This document shows positions 49,472 to 59,919 of a stretch of 64,000 bases of DNA, one piece after another; position 1 is the first letter of the stretch, and every line of letters begins with the position of its first letter. Below the pieces are notes generated by a model that was not told the DNA's origin, did no database searches, and saw only the letters and a list, made by a program, of their open reading frames with translations. Made by a program: the position numbers and the translations under genes. This DNA is from Roseibacillus sp. (lineage in GTDB: Bacteria > Verrucomicrobiota > Verrucomicrobiia > Verrucomicrobiales > Akkermansiaceae), in contig JBPOGI010000003.1 of NCBI GenBank assembly GCA_051251855.1, positions 384,001 through 448,000 of the forward strand. Direction: 5' to 3'.

Positions 49472-51793
49472 ATGACCGATTCTCAATTTGGCCAAAAAGC
49501 CCTCCTTTTTAGAAATTCCCGCCTTGTGGTCGGTTTTCTTTTGCTGACCTCAGGTCTTCTTCTTGCGCAGGATCCTCCCGCTATCAGTGACTATCATATC
49601 CTTGATTCGTCAGAGCCGGCATTGGTGGGCCAGCTGGATTCGGGGGATCGCTTTGGGCGTGATTTTAATCCCTTGGGTGATCTTGATCTCGACGGTGTTC
49701 CTGACTTTCTCGTTGGAGCTCGTTCTGATGATGATGGTGCCACTGACGCTGGTGCTCTCTACGTCCTCTTTATGAACGCTGATGGTTCGGTCAAAAACTT
49801 TACTAAAATCTCCGACACTTCGGGTGGATTGACTGCTGCTGGAATTTCCCTCTCGGAGTCTCAGCTATTTGGCTATGCCGTCACCACCGTTGGCGACCTT
49901 GATGGCGACAGTGTCCAAGACATTGCCGTTGGTGCTCGTCGCAGTGGACCTACAGCCGACGGGGGAGCGATTTACATACTATTTCTTAATCGAGATGGTA
50001 CCGTTAAGTCTGCGCAAACAATCAGTAACAGCAGTGGTAACCTTGGGCATACGCTCGCGAGCTCTGACTTTTTTGGTGAGGGAGCGATTGGATTGGGGAC
50101 CATTGATGGTGTGCCAACCCTAGCGGTCGCGAATTCCTACAATGACGATGGAGGCAATAACCGGGGAGCGCTCTATATCTTGCAGCTCAATGCCGATGGG
50201 ACCGCGGTCTCGGGCCAGACGGTTAAAATCAGTTCGACCTCTGGAGGCTTGGGTGCAGGAGTGAGCAATGGAGACCGTTTCGGCGGACGCGATGTCGTTC
50301 CTCTGGGAGACATCGATGGTGATGGGAACTTAGACATCGCCGTTTCAGCGTTCCAGTCTGATGGCGGGCGTGGTTCCATTTGGGTTCTCCGACTCAATGC
50401 GGACTTCACGGTTAAGGCTCGGCAAAAGATTGGGGAAGGGGTGGGCGGTTTGATGGCGACCCTGAACGAGGATGGCAACTTTGGGCATGCTGCGGTTGGG
50501 CCTGGGGATTTGGATGGTGACGGAGTGCCCGACCTCATCACTTCTGCGAACAAGAGCGCCGTCGGAGGAACAAATACCGGAGAGGTCTACTACCTTTTCC
50601 TGAATCCAGATGGCACTGTGAAATCGGAGATTCGTCTCAGTGAAACCTCGGGCATCTTGCCATTCACACTTCCAGATGGCGGTCGATATGGCCGCACACT
50701 CGCGAACTTGGGCGATTTGAGAAACGATGGCACTCAATGCCTCGCGGTTGGTGGGGGCGCAGGAAGCACGGGGGAAGTTTTCCTCCATTTTATTGAACCT
50801 GCGAGCGAGCTGTTGCTGAGTGATCCGCGCGCGATTCCGAGCAACGTGCTCTGGCTCGATGGCAGTGATGTCGATGGAGACTTTACGACAGGAGGCAGTT
50901 TTCTTTCTGGCACGCAATGGGTGGACAAGTCCAGTGCCGCTAATGCTCATGCGAGCCAAAGTTCTGCCACGCAACGGCCGAGTGTTAGCACCAACACTCT
51001 CAATGGACTCAGTGTCGTCAGCTTCGATGGCGATGATTTGATGGACGTTGACTCGGCCTCTTTTGGCATGATGCGCAATACCGCAGGGGCTACGGTGATT
51101 GCGGTTGCTCGACCCACCTCGACGCCAGCGCAAGGAGGTCATCGCGTCTTTATGGCTTCCACGGGAACAAGCTCCGCTTCTTCGCGGACGGGTTTCAATT
51201 TCTTTGACTCTTTTGGAACTGGGATTGGTGGAACTGGCGATGCAGGATTGGCAGGACGTCGTCTCGACTCCGACCCTTACCAACGCATCAACGGTGGTTC
51301 GTCCGACCTCTCGACTTACTCGATCTGGGTCGGAGAGTTTGATTACGCCGATGGCATCGCCAGGTTGTATCAAGATGGAGCTCTCGAGACTGAAGCCACC
51401 GGCTTTCAATCAGTAGGGAACACCAGTGATACCGACAGCTTGAACATTCGCCTCGGTGCCGATGCTTCTCTCACTCACCAGCGAGGTTTCTTTACTGGTG
51501 ACCTTGCCGAACTCATTGTCTATGATCGCGTTCTCCATCCAAGCGAACGTAAGTTGTTAGAAGACTACCTCGCCGCCAAATGGGGTCCTCCTCAACTTTG
51601 TGTTACCGGAGGGGGGAGCGAAGTTAAGTTGACTTGGCCAGTCAGTCCCGTCCCTTGGCGTCTCGAATCCTCCTCCGATCTTACCTCTGCCTTCACTCCT
51701 ACAAGCTCTGCCTCAAATCAAGTCGGGAACCAACAGGAGCTGACTGAGGTAACAGCCGAGACTCAGAAGTTTTACCAACTCGTGCGGCCCTAG
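49472..51793 (+). CDS. Secreted FG-GAP (integrin-alpha-like) beta-propeller + LamG-like domain + putative C-terminal sorting domain
   Basis: Repeated FG..GDLDGDG..D..VGA; LWLDGSD..WVDKS and GDLAELIVYDRVL..YLAAKWG; ends LTW..LESSSDL..KFYQLVRP. Confidence 0.85.
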   Translation: MTDSQFGQKALLFRNSRLVVGFLLLTSGLLLAQDPPAISDYHILDSSEPALVGQLDSGDRFGRDFNPLGDLDLDGVPDFLVGARSDDDGATDAGALYVLFMNADGSVKNFTKISDTSGGLTAAGISLSESQLFGYAVTTVGDLDGDSVQDIAVGARRSGPTADGGAIYILFLNRDGTVKSAQTISNSSGNLGHTLASSDFFGEGAIGLGTIDGVPTLAVANSYNDDGGNNRGALYILQLNADGTAVSGQTVKISSTSGGLGAGVSNGDRFGGRDVVPLGDIDGDGNLDIAVSAFQSDGGRGSIWVLRLNADFTVKARQKIGEGVGGLMATLNEDGNFGHAAVGPGDLDGDGVPDLITSANKSAVGGTNTGEVYYLFLNPDGTVKSEIRLSETSGILPFTLPDGGRYGRTLANLGDLRNDGTQCLAVGGGAGSTGEVFLHFIEPASELLLSDPRAIPSNVLWLDGSDVDGDFTTGGSFLSGTQWVDKSSAANAHASQSSATQRPSVSTNTLNGLSVVSFDGDDLMDVDSASFGMMRNTAGATVIAVARPTSTPAQGGHRVFMASTGTSSASSRTGFNFFDSFGTGIGGTGDAGLAGRRLDSDPYQRINGGSSDLSTYSIWVGEFDYADGIARLYQDGALETEATGFQSVGNTSDTDSLNIRLGADASLTHQRGFFTGDLAELIVYDRVLHPSERKLLEDYLAAKWGPPQLCVTGGGSEVKLTWPVSPVPWRLESSSDLTSAFTPTSSASNQVGNQQELTEVTAETQKFYQLVRP

Positions 51794-51871
51794 AGTCGAG
51801 GTTCAATCTTTTTTTAGGGAGGTCATCTCTGTACTTGAAAGTGAATCCGAACTCGCGAGCATGAAGTAACT

Positions 51872-53335
51872 ATGAATGTTTCACCTATGCTCCCGTCACT
51901 GTTGCTGACTTTGTTAGCTCTGCCTCTTTTCTCCGCAGATAAGCCGAATATCATTTTGGTGATGACTGATGATCAGGGCTATGGAGATGTAGCGGCTCAT
52001 GGTCATCCTTTTTTAAAGACGCCCCACATGGATGCGCTTCATGCCAAGAGTGTGCGTTTGACAAACTTTCACGTGAGCCCGACTTGTGCGCCCACTCGAG
52101 CGGCGTTGATGTCGGGGATGTCGCCTTTCAAGGTGGGGGTGACCCACACCGTTCTCGAGCGGGAGCGGATGGCGCTTGGCTTTCAAACGGTGGCCGATGT
52201 GCTCAAGACAGCAGGCTATACGACTGGAATTTTTGGGAAGTGGCACCTTGGTGATGACGATGAGTATCAACCTGATCAGCGAGGGTTTGATGAGGTGTTT
52301 ATCCATGGTGCAGGAGGAATTGGACAGCGCTTTCCTGGGACTCAGGGAGCGGTTCCGGGCACGAGTTACTTTGACCCCTTCATCAAGCATAATGGCACTT
52401 TCGTGAAGACGGAGGGGTATTGCACGGACGTCTTTTTTCAACAGGCGTTGGGTTGGATGAAGGAGAAGTCAGATAAGGGAGAACCTTTCTTTGCCTACAT
52501 TCCCACCAATGCGCCGCACAGTCCTTTCATTGCGCCCGAGGAATACGAGAGTCTCTATGATGAGCATGAGCCGAATAAAAAGTCCTCTATCTTTTTTGGG
52601 ATGATTACGAATATTGACGACAACCTGGGTTTGTTGATGAAGAAGTTAAAGGATTGGGAGATTGAAGAGAACACGCTGCTTATCTTCATGACCGACAATG
52701 GTTCGGCGAGAGGAGCGCCAGTCTTCAATGGAGGTATGAATGGGCAGAAAGGTTCGATTCATGAGGGTGGGTCTCGCGTGCCTTTTTTCTGGTATTGGAA
52801 AGGACGCCATGAGGGCGGAACGGATATCGACACCATGGGGAGGCACATTGATTTATTGCCAACCTTAGCGGAGCTAACAGGAGCGAAGTTGCCCGAGAAG
52901 AACGAAGCCGAGGGTCGTAGCTTGTACGGCGTGATTGAGGGAGTGAAGGAGGATTGGCCTCATCGCTATCTCTTCTTCCACCAAGGGCGCTGGTTTGGAT
53001 TGAGAGAGTTCAAAGCCGATCCTGAGATGAGCGCCCCGAATCCGGATGACTTTAAGGACAAGTTGTTTGCGGTGCGAGATGAGAAGTGGCGCTTGGTGGA
53101 GAACCAGTTGTTTAACCTAGAATCGGATCCGGGTGAGAAAACCGATGTTGCTGCCAACCATCCTGAGGTGGTGGCTAAGATGAAAGCAGCTTATGATGTT
53201 TGGTGGAAAGAGAGCCGCCCGGGTATGGTGAACGAAACCGCTGATCTAAATACAGGAAAGCCCTTTGTAGAGGCTTTCGAGAAGCAGAAAGAAGCGAAAG
53301 GGATTCCTGAGTGGAAGCACCCTCGCATTAAGTAG
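51872..53335 (+). CDS. Arylsulfatase (formylglycine-dependent, S1)
   Basis: PNIILVMTDDQGYGD, CAPTRAALMSG, GKWHLG, MTDNG and KG..HEGGSRVPF. Confidence 0.95.
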   Translation: MNVSPMLPSLLLTLLALPLFSADKPNIILVMTDDQGYGDVAAHGHPFLKTPHMDALHAKSVRLTNFHVSPTCAPTRAALMSGMSPFKVGVTHTVLERERMALGFQTVADVLKTAGYTTGIFGKWHLGDDDEYQPDQRGFDEVFIHGAGGIGQRFPGTQGAVPGTSYFDPFIKHNGTFVKTEGYCTDVFFQQALGWMKEKSDKGEPFFAYIPTNAPHSPFIAPEEYESLYDEHEPNKKSSIFFGMITNIDDNLGLLMKKLKDWEIEENTLLIFMTDNGSARGAPVFNGGMNGQKGSIHEGGSRVPFFWYWKGRHEGGTDIDTMGRHIDLLPTLAELTGAKLPEKNEAEGRSLYGVIEGVKEDWPHRYLFFHQGRWFGLREFKADPEMSAPNPDDFKDKLFAVRDEKWRLVENQLFNLESDPGEKTDVAANHPEVVAKMKAAYDVWWKESRPGMVNETADLNTGKPFVEAFEKQKEAKGIPEWKHPRIK

Positions 53336-53366
53336 CTAAGGGTGCCTAAAGGGCTATGTTCTTAGT

Positions 53367-53765
53367 TCAGTCGCGTAGGCTGCACCAGGGTTCTTCTTCG
53401 AAGACGTCAACGAGTTCGTAGCCTTCGGGTCCAACGCAGGGGCCGAGGGTAACCATGAGGTGGGCGGGCTCGTCGCCGATATTGAAGGTGGCATGCACTT
53501 GGTCTTTGCCGACGTAAACCGCGTCGCCGGGGCCAAGAATCTTTTTCTCGGTGCCGATCCATTGCTCGATTTTACCGCTGATGCAGGCGATGACTTCTTC
53601 TTGGTCGGGATGCTTGTGGAAGTCATGCCCCTTGCCTGGAAAGAGTTCGATATCGATGACGGTGAGGTGCTCGTTGCTGGTGGCGGGGGGACGGCTGAGC
53701 CAAGTGAGGTTCCCCCAGTCGAGTTCTTCGGTGGGCGTTTCTGACTTGAGAATGAATTTGCTCAT
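53367..53765 (-). CDS. Cupin domain protein
   Basis: GHDFHKHPDQEE...G and LGPGDAVYV....HAT.N cupin motifs. Confidence 0.88.
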   Translation of the reverse strand: MSKFILKSETPTEELDWGNLTWLSRPPATSNEHLTVIDIELFPGKGHDFHKHPDQEEVIACISGKIEQWIGTEKKILGPGDAVYVGKDQVHATFNIGDEPAHLMVTLGPCVGPEGYELVDVFEEEPWCSLRD

Positions 53766-53873
53766 GATGGAGAGAGTTTGGCGTGAGGCGGTTACTGCCA
53801 GCAAGTCTGAATCGGGGATTGATTCGGAAAAATTCAAATTGTGAGCGGCCGTTGAAAAGAGTAACACTCTTTA

Positions 53874-54146
53874 ATGAAACCAACCGTAGCCGCCAAGAGC
53901 CCGAGTGCAGTGGAACTTGAAGAAGGAAAGACTTATTATTTCTGCACCTGTGGAAAATCTGCCTCCCAGCCTTTTTGTGATGGAGCCCACAAAGGAAGTG
54001 GCTTTGCGCCTCAGGCTTTTACCGCTGAGAAGAGTGGCACCGCTTATCTCTGCCAATGCAAGCAGAGCGCTAATTTACCTTTCTGTGATGGAAGCCATAA
54101 AAAGGTGCCGGACGAGGAAGTCGGGAAGGAATTTTCCGCTGAGTAA
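53874..54146 (+). CDS. CDGSH iron-sulfur protein with two CDGSH motifs
   Basis: CTCGKS..QPFCDGAH and CQCKQS..LPFCDGSH. Confidence 0.93.
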   Translation: MKPTVAAKSPSAVELEEGKTYYFCTCGKSASQPFCDGAHKGSGFAPQAFTAEKSGTAYLCQCKQSANLPFCDGSHKKVPDEEVGKEFSAE

Positions 54147-54157
54147 AAGGGAGGACC

Positions 54158-56755
54158 CTAGCGTCGATAGAGGAAGGCGTCGGAGGTAACGAGGCTGGTG
54201 ATGAGAGCATTCATGCTGCCACCGTTGTCGCGGTAGGCTTTGTGGGCGGCTTGGAGGACGGGGGCGTCGTGGAGGGTTTCGTTACGACCCATCCAGTAGC
54301 GGAAGGCGTGACGGACAAAGACTTGTTCAACGCGTTCGCTGTCGGCGAGCTTGGTGATGAGGTCCAGGGCGTCGGTGACGGGGCCGTCGAGAGCGGGGTC
54401 GCCGGAATCGATGATTTCGCCGGAGGTGTCGACGGGTTGGTCGTGTTCGAACTGGCGGTAGAGGCCGACGTGATTATACATCTCGAAGGGGAGGCCGAGG
54501 GGATCCATTTTTTGGTGGCAGCTCCAGCAGTAGGTTTCGCGGGTGACGCGCATGCGTGAGCGGAGGGTGGTGCCGGGCTCGTCGGGGAGTTGGGCATCGA
54601 CGGTGATAGGGACGTCGGGAACGCCGCCGCCGAGGAGACGCTTTTGAATCCAGAGGCCGCGATGAATGGCGTGGTTGTCCATGGCATCGGATTGCGAGAT
54701 AAGCCAGGAGGGGTGGGTCAAGATGCCGAGTCGCTGGCCTTCTGGAGCGGTGGCAAGTCGGCGTTCGGGTTTGAGGGAAGCGCTGCCAAAGGACCTGTAA
54801 CCGGTGCGAGCTTTGATGCGGGGGCCGTTGAGTTTCGCCGGGGTGATGTCCAAGTTGGATTGCTCGAGAAGTTCTCCTCGTTCCTTATTCAGTTGTTGGT
54901 GTTGGGCGCGGACGTCGTTGAACTCTCGGAGGAGTCTGTTTCGTTCCTTCTTGTCGAGGTCGGGATTGCGGAGTTTTTTTACGAGCTCACCTCTCCGGTC
55001 GCTGGCTTGATAAAACTCGTTATTCTTAGCGCGGAGTTTTTCTTTGATGAGGGCCGATTCATGGGCTCCTTTCTTAGGGGTTTGTTGTCCGAAGTAGGTG
55101 TTGTCGGCCGAGGTGGCCACGACTTGCTGGGTGGTGAGGAGAGTTTTGAGGACCTCTTTGTCTTCGGCGAGGATGAGCTCAATGAGTCGGTCGGTGCTGG
55201 CAGAAGCCGCGAAGAGGTTTTTGTGGTAGGCCGTGCTGCGCTGCTTAATTCCAGCTTCTGCCATCGCTTTGTCGTCTTTACAGATGTAAGCGCCGAGGTC
55301 GTAGTCGAAGTAGTCGCGGAAGAACTGCAGGATGCGAGGTTTGCGGAAGCTCTCGTCGGCGAGCATGCGGGTGACTTCGCGTTTGAGGTCCTTTTTGGTG
55401 CGCATGCGACCGTCGGTGATGGCTTGGCGAAGAATGGGATCGGGTTTGAGGTAGCTGAGGGAGTGGTTGAGGGCGAGTCCGAGTTCCCAGTCTTGGAGTT
55501 TGGCGCGTCCGTGTTTGTCTATTTTTACTCCTTCGGATAGTTCGGATCGGAAGAGGGCGTCGCGGTCGAGGAAGATTGCCGAGAGGCCCATGAAGAGGCC
55601 GTCTTCTTTGCCGAGTTTGGCGATGGTGTCTTGAACGAGAGCGAGGTAGCTGTCGGTCTCTAGAGTAGTCGGGGGGCGGAAGGTGAGCATCTCGAAAAGA
55701 TGGCTGATGGCGTCGCGAAGGCCTTCGTCGGTGAACTCGGATTCGGGATTTTTGAGAAGTTCGTAGATGGGGGTGAGGGGGCGAAGGACCTTGGTGTTGT
55801 AGGTGAGTGCGGAGGGAAGGCCGCGGATGTCGCCGGGTGGTTTGACGAGATCATAGGAAGAGGGGTCGTCGGTGATTTGAGCGGGAGAACTGACGAGGCT
55901 GAGGGGGCCGTAGGCCATGTATTGTAAAATGTCGTGAGCCTTGGCGAGGATTTGGGTGGTCTCGGCGCTGTTGACGGTGTCGAAGTCAGCGTAGTTGTCG
56001 AAGCCGTGTTTGCGGGCAGGGGAGAGAACGACGGGGACGCTCTTGACGGCGGTGGCGTAGGCGACGGTGCCACCGACCCAATTGGTGATGCGGTCGACGC
56101 CGAAGTAGAGCTTGAGTTCGCCGCCATGATTGACGGAGACGGCGTCGCCGTGGGTGCGGAGACCGGGATTTTCAGGATCGTATTCGGGCTCGGTGTTGAT
56201 GAGATCGTTGAGGCGGGTGATGTGCTCGGAGGGGGTGAGGCGCCAGATGCGTTTGGGTGAAGAAGTGGGTTTGAGTTTGATACCGTCGGGGAGGGGGCCA
56301 AAGAGGAGATCGTGGTCGATGAAGTTTGCTTTGCTGGGTTCTTGGTGGGCATGGAATCCCCCTTTGTCGGCCATGGTGGTTTCCAGCTGTTGGACAATCC
56401 AGTCCGTGAATCGGAGGCGCTCGATGGTCTCGGGCTGGTCTTTCTTTTTAGGCGGCATTTCCTGCAGCGCGATTTGAGCCCAGACCGACTTCCAGGTGGC
56501 GGCGTTGGTTTCGTCAACGGGTCCTAGGTCCATCAGATTGAGGTCGGCCTTGGGATTGACGTCGTCGTGGCAGTCGTAACAATGAAACTCGAGAAAATCC
56601 AAGCCGATGGTGTCGAAATCACCGGGCACGAATCTCCCGGGAATGTGGGGCTCTTCTGCTGGCGAGAGATTGGCTGTGAGAAGAGCGAGTCCGAGGAGGA
56701 GATGTCGGATAAGAAGGGTATTTTCTCGACTTGATGAGGTGGAATGTTTTTCCAT
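54158..56755 (-). CDS. Planctomycete cytochrome c + DUF1592/DUF1588/DUF1585-type protein
   Basis: CYDCH near N-terminus, [34 protein letters not shown] and [10 protein letters not shown]. Confidence 0.85.
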   Translation of the reverse strand: MEKHSTSSSRENTLLIRHLLLGLALLTANLSPAEEPHIPGRFVPGDFDTIGLDFLEFHCYDCHDDVNPKADLNLMDLGPVDETNAATWKSVWAQIALQEMPPKKKDQPETIERLRFTDWIVQQLETTMADKGGFHAHQEPSKANFIDHDLLFGPLPDGIKLKPTSSPKRIWRLTPSEHITRLNDLINTEPEYDPENPGLRTHGDAVSVNHGGELKLYFGVDRITNWVGGTVAYATAVKSVPVVLSPARKHGFDNYADFDTVNSAETTQILAKAHDILQYMAYGPLSLVSSPAQITDDPSSYDLVKPPGDIRGLPSALTYNTKVLRPLTPIYELLKNPESEFTDEGLRDAISHLFEMLTFRPPTTLETDSYLALVQDTIAKLGKEDGLFMGLSAIFLDRDALFRSELSEGVKIDKHGRAKLQDWELGLALNHSLSYLKPDPILRQAITDGRMRTKKDLKREVTRMLADESFRKPRILQFFRDYFDYDLGAYICKDDKAMAEAGIKQRSTAYHKNLFAASASTDRLIELILAEDKEVLKTLLTTQQVVATSADNTYFGQQTPKKGAHESALIKEKLRAKNNEFYQASDRRGELVKKLRNPDLDKKERNRLLREFNDVRAQHQQLNKERGELLEQSNLDITPAKLNGPRIKARTGYRSFGSASLKPERRLATAPEGQRLGILTHPSWLISQSDAMDNHAIHRGLWIQKRLLGGGVPDVPITVDAQLPDEPGTTLRSRMRVTRETYCWSCHQKMDPLGLPFEMYNHVGLYRQFEHDQPVDTSGEIIDSGDPALDGPVTDALDLITKLADSERVEQVFVRHAFRYWMGRNETLHDAPVLQAAHKAYRDNGGSMNALITSLVTSDAFLYRR

Positions 56756-56835
56756 TTTCTGTTTTGAAAAGGCTGGGAGATTGGAAGGGAAGAAACGGAC
56801 CGGTGGGGCGGCTTACAAAGCCGCGCTCCCATTTG

Positions 56836-58164
56836 TTAGGCGAGGACTTCGCGCAAGGGGCCGGTGGAGGAGTCGTAGCGAGCGGCCATTTTCTCGGACA
56901 TGTTGAAGCGGTCGACGTTGACGCCGGTGCTGCGAAGGATGGAGCTGTAAAGGGCGTTGATGGGGCGGGTGCCATCGAGTTGAGTGAAGCGCCCCGATTG
57001 GAAAGCTCCGCCGCAGTTGCCGAGAAGCATGACGGGCCAGGTTTCGCCCTTGGTGTGTTGCTTGTCGGCGTTGTTGCTGGTGTAGACGATGAGGGTGTTG
57101 TCCATCATGGTGCCGCTGCCTTCGGGGACACTTTCGAGTTCTTCCATGAGCTTGACGAGCATCTGGGTGTTGTATTGGCGGATTTTGTCCCAGATGGGAT
57201 TGCCTGCTTGGGCCATGTGGCCGAGGTTGTGGCCTTGTTTGTCGACGCCGAGGCCTTTCCAAGAGCCGAAGATTTCGCCGCGACCGGAACCGACGGTGAG
57301 GACGCTGGTGGTGCCGGACTTGAGGGCAGAGATGCCGAGGTCGAGGAGGGTATCATGCCAGTCGGTTTCGAAGACGGGGTCGGTGTAGCGGTCGTCGACG
57401 GTGGGGGCGAATTTTTCGAGATGATCGGAGACGTCAGCCAGGCGTTCACGGAGCCCGTTCATGTCGTTGAAACCTTGGGTGAACTCTTGGTAGCGCTGTT
57501 GGTCGGAAACGGGGAGGTCGGTGCCTTTATTTACAGCGAGTTGTTCGACACGCTCGAGCATGGCGGAGCGGGCTTCGTGTTGGTTACGAATGTCGCCTTG
57601 GGAAATGCCGCCGTAGAGGAGTTGATAGAGGTGGTTAGGGTTGGAGTGCATGAAGATGGGCTTGCCCGCGCCGCGTGCCGAGAGATTGGCGACGGTGGGC
57701 TTAGCCTTCATGTTGTCGAGAGAGTCCATCCCGATGCAGAGGTGGGGGAGGAGGGTTTCAGGGAGGTGCTTACTGAGTTCGTAGTCGATGGTGGCGGCGC
57801 TGGGAGGAACGCCGTCGCTGCCGCGATACCCACCGAGTGCTCCGAAGAAGGCGCTGTGGGCAGGGCTGGTGTGCTTGCCGTGAAGACCGTTGATGATGTG
57901 GAGCTTTTCCTTGAAGGGCTCAAGGGCGGCGATGGGGTCGGGGAGAATGGCTTTGGCGAGGGAACCGCTATTGACCATGTTGGTGGGGATGCAGGTCTTG
58001 GGGTCGAATCCTTGGTTTTGCATGAAGAAGACCACGCGCTTGGGGCCTCCGGCAGAGGAAGTGAGGGAGGAGGCGGCTTGCCCCATCTGAGGTAAGAAGG
58101 AGGAGCCAAAAGCCGCGGCACCAAAGCCTGCGGCGAGTTGTTTGAGGGATTCTCTGCGGTTCAT
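56836..58164 (-). CDS. DUF1552 protein with a Tat-like signal
   Basis: [33 protein letters not shown] and [15 protein letters not shown]. Confidence 0.85.
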   Translation of the reverse strand: MNRRESLKQLAAGFGAAAFGSSFLPQMGQAASSLTSSAGGPKRVVFFMQNQGFDPKTCIPTNMVNSGSLAKAILPDPIAALEPFKEKLHIINGLHGKHTSPAHSAFFGALGGYRGSDGVPPSAATIDYELSKHLPETLLPHLCIGMDSLDNMKAKPTVANLSARGAGKPIFMHSNPNHLYQLLYGGISQGDIRNQHEARSAMLERVEQLAVNKGTDLPVSDQQRYQEFTQGFNDMNGLRERLADVSDHLEKFAPTVDDRYTDPVFETDWHDTLLDLGISALKSGTTSVLTVGSGRGEIFGSWKGLGVDKQGHNLGHMAQAGNPIWDKIRQYNTQMLVKLMEELESVPEGSGTMMDNTLIVYTSNNADKQHTKGETWPVMLLGNCGGAFQSGRFTQLDGTRPINALYSSILRSTGVNVDRFNMSEKMAARYDSSTGPLREVLA

Positions 58165-58674
58165 AACCAAGGGTCTGATTGGATTACGAGACCGAAGAGA
58201 GAGCTTTTACACAAAAAGGTGGTATTGGATCCTGGTGAATCGGTTTAGGGAACCTTCCTAGGGCTCTTTGGTAGAGGAGCTGTCTAATTTCCGTGCCCAT
58301 GCAGGACGCCAACCGGTGACGGTTTTGCGCAAATCGGAATCATTGATCAGTTCGAGAGCGCGCTGGGAGGCTCGGTAGTCTCGCTGATGAAAGAGTTCGG
58401 CGATGTTTTCTCGGGGAGTTCAGAAGCGGCGAGTTGGAGGGCTTCCTCCGCCGTGAGTCTTCCGTGGCGAAATTCGTAGGGGAAATCGCGGCTTGAAGTG
58501 AGGTGTTGCTCAATATCGATCCGTGCTAAGTCACGTTGAAACCACTTTCGGTTCTTCCCGAGAGCTCCCAACAAGTCCAAGCTTATCTCGGCTGTTAGTT
58601 TGTCTTTCCTGAGAGCCTACTCGGTAAAGGTGTTCTTGACGCTGTCTTTCAATCGCTGTCGAAGGTGATTGAAG

Positions 58675-59823
58675 TTAGCGTAGGGGGTTCTCGTACCAGA
58701 CGACGTTCTTTGTGGCTCGGCCAGCATTGAGAAGGTCAAGGTCGCCATCCCCATCCATATCGAAGGTGCGCAGGTCGTAGGATTGTTGGGCGGTGTCGAG
58801 GTCGTGACGTTCGAATTGGCCTTTGCCGTCGTTGAGGTAGATGGAGATGCGCTCGCTTTTGAAGCCGCAGCTAGCAGCGTCCAGGTCTCCGTCCTGATCG
58901 AGGTCAGCAAGGGCGAGGCTATGAGGGCAGAGCATCTCCTCATCGATGAGATGTTTCTTCCAGTCGGGGCCTTCGAACCAGAAGACGCCGATGCCGTGTC
59001 CGTTAGAGGCTAGTAGGTCAGCATGGCCGTCGCCATTGAGGTCGCCGGGGAGAATGTTGGTAGCTCCGGTCTCGTTTTCGGCCACAGTGACACGCGCCCA
59101 GGGCTTTTGAATTTCTTTTGTTCCGGGATTCTTCCAGTAGGCAAACCAGTTACCGTTCTCAAAGGGCTTTCCTTTAGCGGCGACCGCGATTTCGCTCCAG
59201 CCATCTCCATCTAAATCGCCGAAGCCAAAGTAGTGGCTTCCACCTGCAGCATCTCCCTTCGCAAAAAGATGTCGATTCCAGCGGGGTGCTTCTTTGACGG
59301 ATTGAGGGATGGAAAACCAAGCGATGGAGTTCGCCAAGGGGCCTTCGGGTAAAAAGTTGTTGATGATGAGGTCCAAGCGGCCGTCTTGATCCACATCCGC
59401 TTTGAGAAAGCAATGGATGCCACGGATGTCGGGGTCGATAAGACGTGCGGTCCAAGGGGTAGTGGTGTTTCCGGGATTCTCGAGCCAGAAGGGCTTGCTG
59501 GGGGCGAGCGAACCCAGCCAATCGAGGTCGCCATCATTGTCGACATCAAAGCTCTCGCTGTGGATGCATTGGACAGTTCGGTTCGGGAGCGTGTGGATGA
59601 GAACTTCTTGCCAATTAGGCCCGATGAGAAGGCTGACCTGCCCTGAATAGCTGGTGATGACATCGACTTGGCCGTCGCCTGTGTAGTCACCGGCGATGGC
59701 AGTGGTGATGTTTCGTCCTTTGTCTTCACAAACGGAGTGCTTTTTCCAGACGGAATCTGACGCTAGGGTGGGCGCAAGCGAGCCAATGAAGAGGGAGGTA
59801 AGGGTAAGGAGGTGATTCGACAT
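58675..59823 (-). CDS. Secreted FG-GAP/VCBS-repeat protein
   Basis: Signal peptide; multiple D.D.DG..D repeats with W.ENP closures. Confidence 0.85.
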   Translation of the reverse strand: MSNHLLTLTSLFIGSLAPTLASDSVWKKHSVCEDKGRNITTAIAGDYTGDGQVDVITSYSGQVSLLIGPNWQEVLIHTLPNRTVQCIHSESFDVDNDGDLDWLGSLAPSKPFWLENPGNTTTPWTARLIDPDIRGIHCFLKADVDQDGRLDLIINNFLPEGPLANSIAWFSIPQSVKEAPRWNRHLFAKGDAAGGSHYFGFGDLDGDGWSEIAVAAKGKPFENGNWFAYWKNPGTKEIQKPWARVTVAENETGATNILPGDLNGDGHADLLASNGHGIGVFWFEGPDWKKHLIDEEMLCPHSLALADLDQDGDLDAASCGFKSERISIYLNDGKGQFERHDLDTAQQSYDLRTFDMDGDGDLDLLNAGRATKNVVWYENPLR

Positions 59824-59919
59824 GATAGCGAGGCTGAGAAAGTTGAGGGTGGAAATCAATCGGGAACGAGAAGGGCTTTTGCTATTAACGTGTTCGCTAG
59901 AAGGGTCCATTCATGGAGA

